DNA of 64,000 bases from Felis catus (lineage: Eukaryota): NCBI RefSeq assembly GCF_018350175.1, contig NC_058378.1, forward strand, positions 83,390,001 through 83,454,000. The letters run 5' to 3'. Numbering within the stretch: position 1 is the stretch's first letter; each line of letters starts with the position of its first letter. The position numbers and the translations under genes were made by a program. Below the pieces are notes generated by a model that was not told the DNA's origin, made no database searches, and worked only from the letters and a program-made list of their open reading frames with translations. This document shows, one piece after another, positions 59,906 through 64,000 of the stretch.

Positions 59906-60671
59906 AACATTTCCATCTTTCGGTGTTTTTGTTGTGGTCGTTCAGTGTGATTTCTCATTGTTTGGAGCCTCAATGTTTTCACGAAAGACAAAGGAAAAGT
60001 AGGATTCCAGGCACCAAAGTTTGCCTTCAGCCCCCTCCTGGGATCCCCGTGGGACCCTTGCCTGTGGTTTCCACAATGAAGGCTCCTGGAGATGGATGCG
60101 GAAGGATGCCGTGTCGGAGAGGGATCGTCCTGTCGATTTCTCTGCACTGATCTTCCTCCTCACTGGTCGTTATTCTGAAATGAAACCACGAGCTCTTCAT
60201 GTCGAAATGCCAATACCTCGCCCCTCGGCCGCACTCCTCGCCTGTCAGCTCATTTGATTACAGCCTTCTCACATTTACTTAACTTGATGTCTAGGAAGAA
60301 CGGAATATAAGGAAAATTCTTCGCAAACCGTTGATTTTCTTCTGCATGCATCCACACGGTCCGCAGAATGTAGTTATTTTTAGTTGGAGCCACGTGAGCC
60401 TGGCCATATTTTCAGGATCAGGTGTCGTCAAGAGAGACTGTGGATTTATTCAGGGATTCTAAAAATCAGTGCATCTGTAATAAGGAAGAATCGCCTGTTC
60501 TGTGACAGCCCTTTCCAGGACCCTGTCCCGAAGTCTCCTTCCACAGACACTTGGCCCATCTGAATCTCAGTACCCTGTGGGCCAGCTAGGCACAGCCTCA
60601 CGGCATGCCAACAGATTTTCACATAAGATTATGCAGATCTTGTACTATTATTATAAACATTAAATTGGCGG

Positions 60672-60893
60672 GGGGCACATGGGTGGCTTAGTTGGTTAAG
60701 TGGTCTATTCTTGATTTCGGTTCAGGTCGTGATCCCATGGTTTCGTGAGTTCAAGCCCTGCATCGGGTTCTGTTCTGACAGTGCAGAGCCTGCTTGGGAT
60801 TCTCCTTCCCTCTCCCTCTGCCCCTCCCCTTCTCGTGCTGTCCGTGTCTCTCTCAGAATAAATGAATAAGCTTAAAAAAATTAAAAATAAAAA
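60672..60893 (+). mobile_element. Can-SINE ('cttgatttcgg' subfamily)
   Basis: ggggcacatgggtggcttagttggttaag head and A-rich tail. Decayed TSD ataaacattaaat / ataaacctcaaat. Confidence 0.93.
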
Positions 60894-60954
60894 ATAAACC
60901 TCAAATGAGCTCATGGACATAGAGTAGGTCCTTAATAAACGCTGGTTTTATTTT

Positions 60955-61470
60955 TAGTCACTTGTCACTAATGTAGCACCTTCTATGGATAGACATTTGC
61001 CAGACGGCAGGGACAGAGAAGTAATAAAGGCTGTCCCAACCCTCAAGAGAGGCACGGTCCGGTTGGTTTCAATAGGTACACTACAGTGTGTTCGGTGCTT
61101 TGATAATCGTTCCCCTACAGGGGGTCTACACTTGCTGGGAGCCAGGGAAAGTCTTCTTTGAGTTGGTCATTCTGACTTGTTTGGATCTTGGGACAGATGT
61201 TGAGGGCCCAGGCTCTGAAAAGAGGGAAGGGACTTTGGGGCAGAGAGGCATATGTAGGCGAGGTCCAGAAATGGGAGAGAACTTGGAGTCTTCAGAAGTC
61301 CCGTAGGGATCAGAGACAGCGTGGGAACAGGAGAATGGAAAGGGATGTGGGGAGAGGTCAGGAGGGATCAGACTCTGAGGGCTGAAAGGACCTTCTAAAG
61401 CCGAGCTACTCAACCTGCGGGGTTGAGTTCTGGGTGGTAGAAACATCGCCCTGCAGAGCTGAGATCTGGC
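60955..61470 (-). mobile_element. L2 fragment
   Basis: 'gcaccttctatg...gggacagagaagtaataaagg..gtcccaaccctcaagaga', 'cagggaaagtcttc'. Confidence 0.5.
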
Positions 61471-61885
61471 ATTCAGGGTGGCTGGATTTAGAGCCTAGAA
61501 CTTACGTATCTTCTCGAGGGCCCGGGTGTTTCAGAAGCCCTCCCGGTTGTGGGAGGATCCCAGGTCCAGCCACCATTGCCCAGATGCCAAATGAACATCG
61601 CTGCCAACCAGTGAGGGTGCCTCGGGCAAGTCATTTTCTGAACTGGAGACTGGGTCTGTACGCTCCTTTCAGAGCGGATGTTCTTTGATTCTCAATGGCC
61701 CTACAATACCAGTGAAAGGAAATGTCAAGAAAACCTACCACAGCAGATGTATTATGTTGCTGTGAAAATTTTGTCCCGTGCCGGAAGCCTCCGTGTCCGG
61801 TGGGATCTACGAAAGATCTTGAAATCTAGCTATCTTCTCACACAAGATAAACTCTATTTGATCACAGCTGCTTAGATTCATTCAG

Positions 61886-62093
61886 TTTTTTTGTTTTTTT
61901 TTTTTAGAGAGGGAGATTGGGAAAGAGAGATCATGAGCAGGGGAGGGACACAAGGAGAGGGAGAGAGAATCTTAAGCAGGCTCTACACCCAGCACACAGC
62001 CTCGTACGGGACTCGTCTCAGGACTGTGAGTTCGTGATCCAAGCCCAAATCAAGAATTATAATGCTTAACCAACGGAGCCACCCGGGAGCCCC
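61886..62093 (-). mobile_element. Can-SINE (diverged)
   Basis: Reverse head 'cttaaccaacggagccacccgggagcccc', T-tail. TSD-like attcattcag / attcactcaag. Confidence 0.92.
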
Positions 62094-64000
62094 AATTCAC
62101 TCAAGTTTTAATTAGTTTGTCGCTGAAGTGGGGTTGGGGCTCACATAAGTGGAAGTCTGAAGTGAAGTTTGCCAATGCTTGTAGTAGGTGGGCTTTGCGT
62201 TTGGGAGCTTCTAGCTCCTGTCTTGATCCATTTGAGAAGCGGGACTTGTTGGCTCAGACGGGCATTCACGCCGTGTGCCGACTGAGAGCTCGCCCTTGGG
62301 GCATTCACCCCACCCGCTGGGGCCTCTCCCGGGATGACCCTTGGACAAAGCCTTGGCCGGACTTGGCCCAGGTGTGCTTGGTAGCACGACTGGAGCCTGT
62401 CCTGTGGACCGGTGTCCTGCGCGTCCACGACGGGCTTCCCTGATCAAGCTTGGGAAGCAGGACACGGGAGTTCCACCGTCCCACGGCTTCCGTCACCGTC
62501 TTGCTGTGGCTGACTCCTCTTCCTATTCCTTCGCCGTGTCTACGTACCTACGCGCCTTTCCTCCAGAAAGTGCGGCTGTGAGGCCAGGCCTGTGTTTGGA
62601 TGGCTGCTGAGAGTCAACGAGGTGATGTTCCACACCAGCAAAGCACGATCAGAAGTGGGAAGAGCATCCCGGCTGAGGCCAGCCAGTACCTGCAGACTCC
62701 GGAACCAGCCTGTCGAGGTTGGCGTGAGACAGAGATGTGCAGCTCGTGGTCCTGGAGGAGCCCAATGGGCGGGCTCGGTCAGTCTACCTGGTACCGACCC
62801 GCTGAGCAGTGCTCAGGAGCCATGAGACGCGGAGCAGCTCTCTTCGTGGTTGCATGGCCGAGTCTCTCACTTTGCAGGGGCTGCTTTGGATAGATTGTGT
62901 CCTCTAATGCGGTCTGTAATGTTGGGCAGGTGACCTCCACCTATGAATCCATTGCAGACCCAAAAGATGTGCCCTCCGTGGACTGGAAGCCTCATAGCAT
63001 TTCATCTGAGATGAAGCGTCCTCTGCACATAGAAGTCTGTGGTCACCTGGGACCCAGCTAAAGGATAGGTGGAGCCTGGGATAACTTGGAGCCGTGGCAG
63101 ATGAGAATCTAATTGCCCGCTGGGGTTTTGTGTCATAGAAGTGGACAGTCAAGGGGTTTACCTGGCTCGCTGCACCAAAAACGGGGCAGGGAGAATGCAA
63201 ATTTCCCCAGATACTTCAAGCTTCTGCGGGCAGAAATCTAATCTGGCGCCCTGTGTGAACTCCATGCCTTGCTAAGAGGCGGGCCCACAGAGATGCGTTA
63301 CACAGGCTGTGGTCCTGAACCTCGTTGCTGCTTTCCCTGTGTCGATCAGGAACATCTGCACTTGCCCCCCAGCCCCATGCCATCTAAGCATCCTTCATGT
63401 CTCTGCAATCCACAGCAAGGTGGACGGAGCCCACGTCCCTGGGCAGGCAGCCGTGCAGGGCGGTGGGGCCAGTGCCTTCGGGACCAGGTGGATTTGCAAC
63501 AGGACGAGACAGAGCTTCTCCTCCTGAGGCCTTCCCGACCTGTGTGACAGTGGGCCTACCTCTGGAAAGCATCGCACTGAGGTGTGGCTCCTCCGTCTCA
63601 CTCCCCGGGCCTCCTACCTCTGGCCTCAACAAGCCTCCCTTTCCCCCACACTTGTCCTTCAACCTCTGTCCAGATGGACATGTTCATCCACACTGTGTAC
63701 TGTTTATGGGTATTAATTTATATTTTTGATGCAACGAGTTAAGGCATGCTCATTTTAGAATACACAGAAATAAATAAAAGCACACAGAGTACAGAAGTCA
63801 CCCTTACATTTTCTCTCCATATTTTGCTCCATGTCACTCTGTGGCTATGTCTGTTCTGTTAATGTGTGGGGAGCATCCCCTGTGTGCCTTCCTAATGTCC
63901 TCCTTCAACGTCCCTGCCCTGGACCATTGTACCTTCTGCTCTTCCTTGGGCCCCTCCCCACCCCCTGTGCCTTCTCCAAGGCTTTGCTGAGCTCCCGCCC

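Noticed and set aside
1-64000. Naming the host locus from CpG-island spacing
   Set aside because: Several developmental loci have similar architecture and there is no exon to anchor the call; it needs a BLAT search.

Overview
Mammalian genomic DNA from a felid: 11 tRNA-derived Can-SINEs, including a near-consensus feline SINEC_Fc-type copy. The assembly is a draft with 8 N gaps of about 140-270 bp. I can support no protein-coding exon, tRNA/rRNA gene or known miRNA; the ORF track is consistent with chance ORFs in GC-rich DNA and repeats. The window reads as an intergenic or intronic regulatory landscape. It has a broad, nearly transposon-free CpG-rich domain (~6.1-11.9 kb) interleaved with AT-rich blocks carrying homeobox/POU motifs, a second CpG-retaining, transposon-poor domain (~16.3-21.7 kb), and a strong CpG island (~28.3-29.2 kb) whose core is hidden by gaps. 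The rest is ordinary DNA with old L1M, L2, MIR, MLT1 and hAT fossils. The most unusual structure is a non-tandem ~0.5-0.6 kb direct duplication (52.3-52.9 kb vs 55.1-55.8 kb, ~97% identical core). Each copy carries an acceptor-exon-donor-like cassette, and the pair brackets conserved-looking DNA. I could not identify the host locus by name. Repeat subfamily names come from recalled consensus sequences, not from a search.
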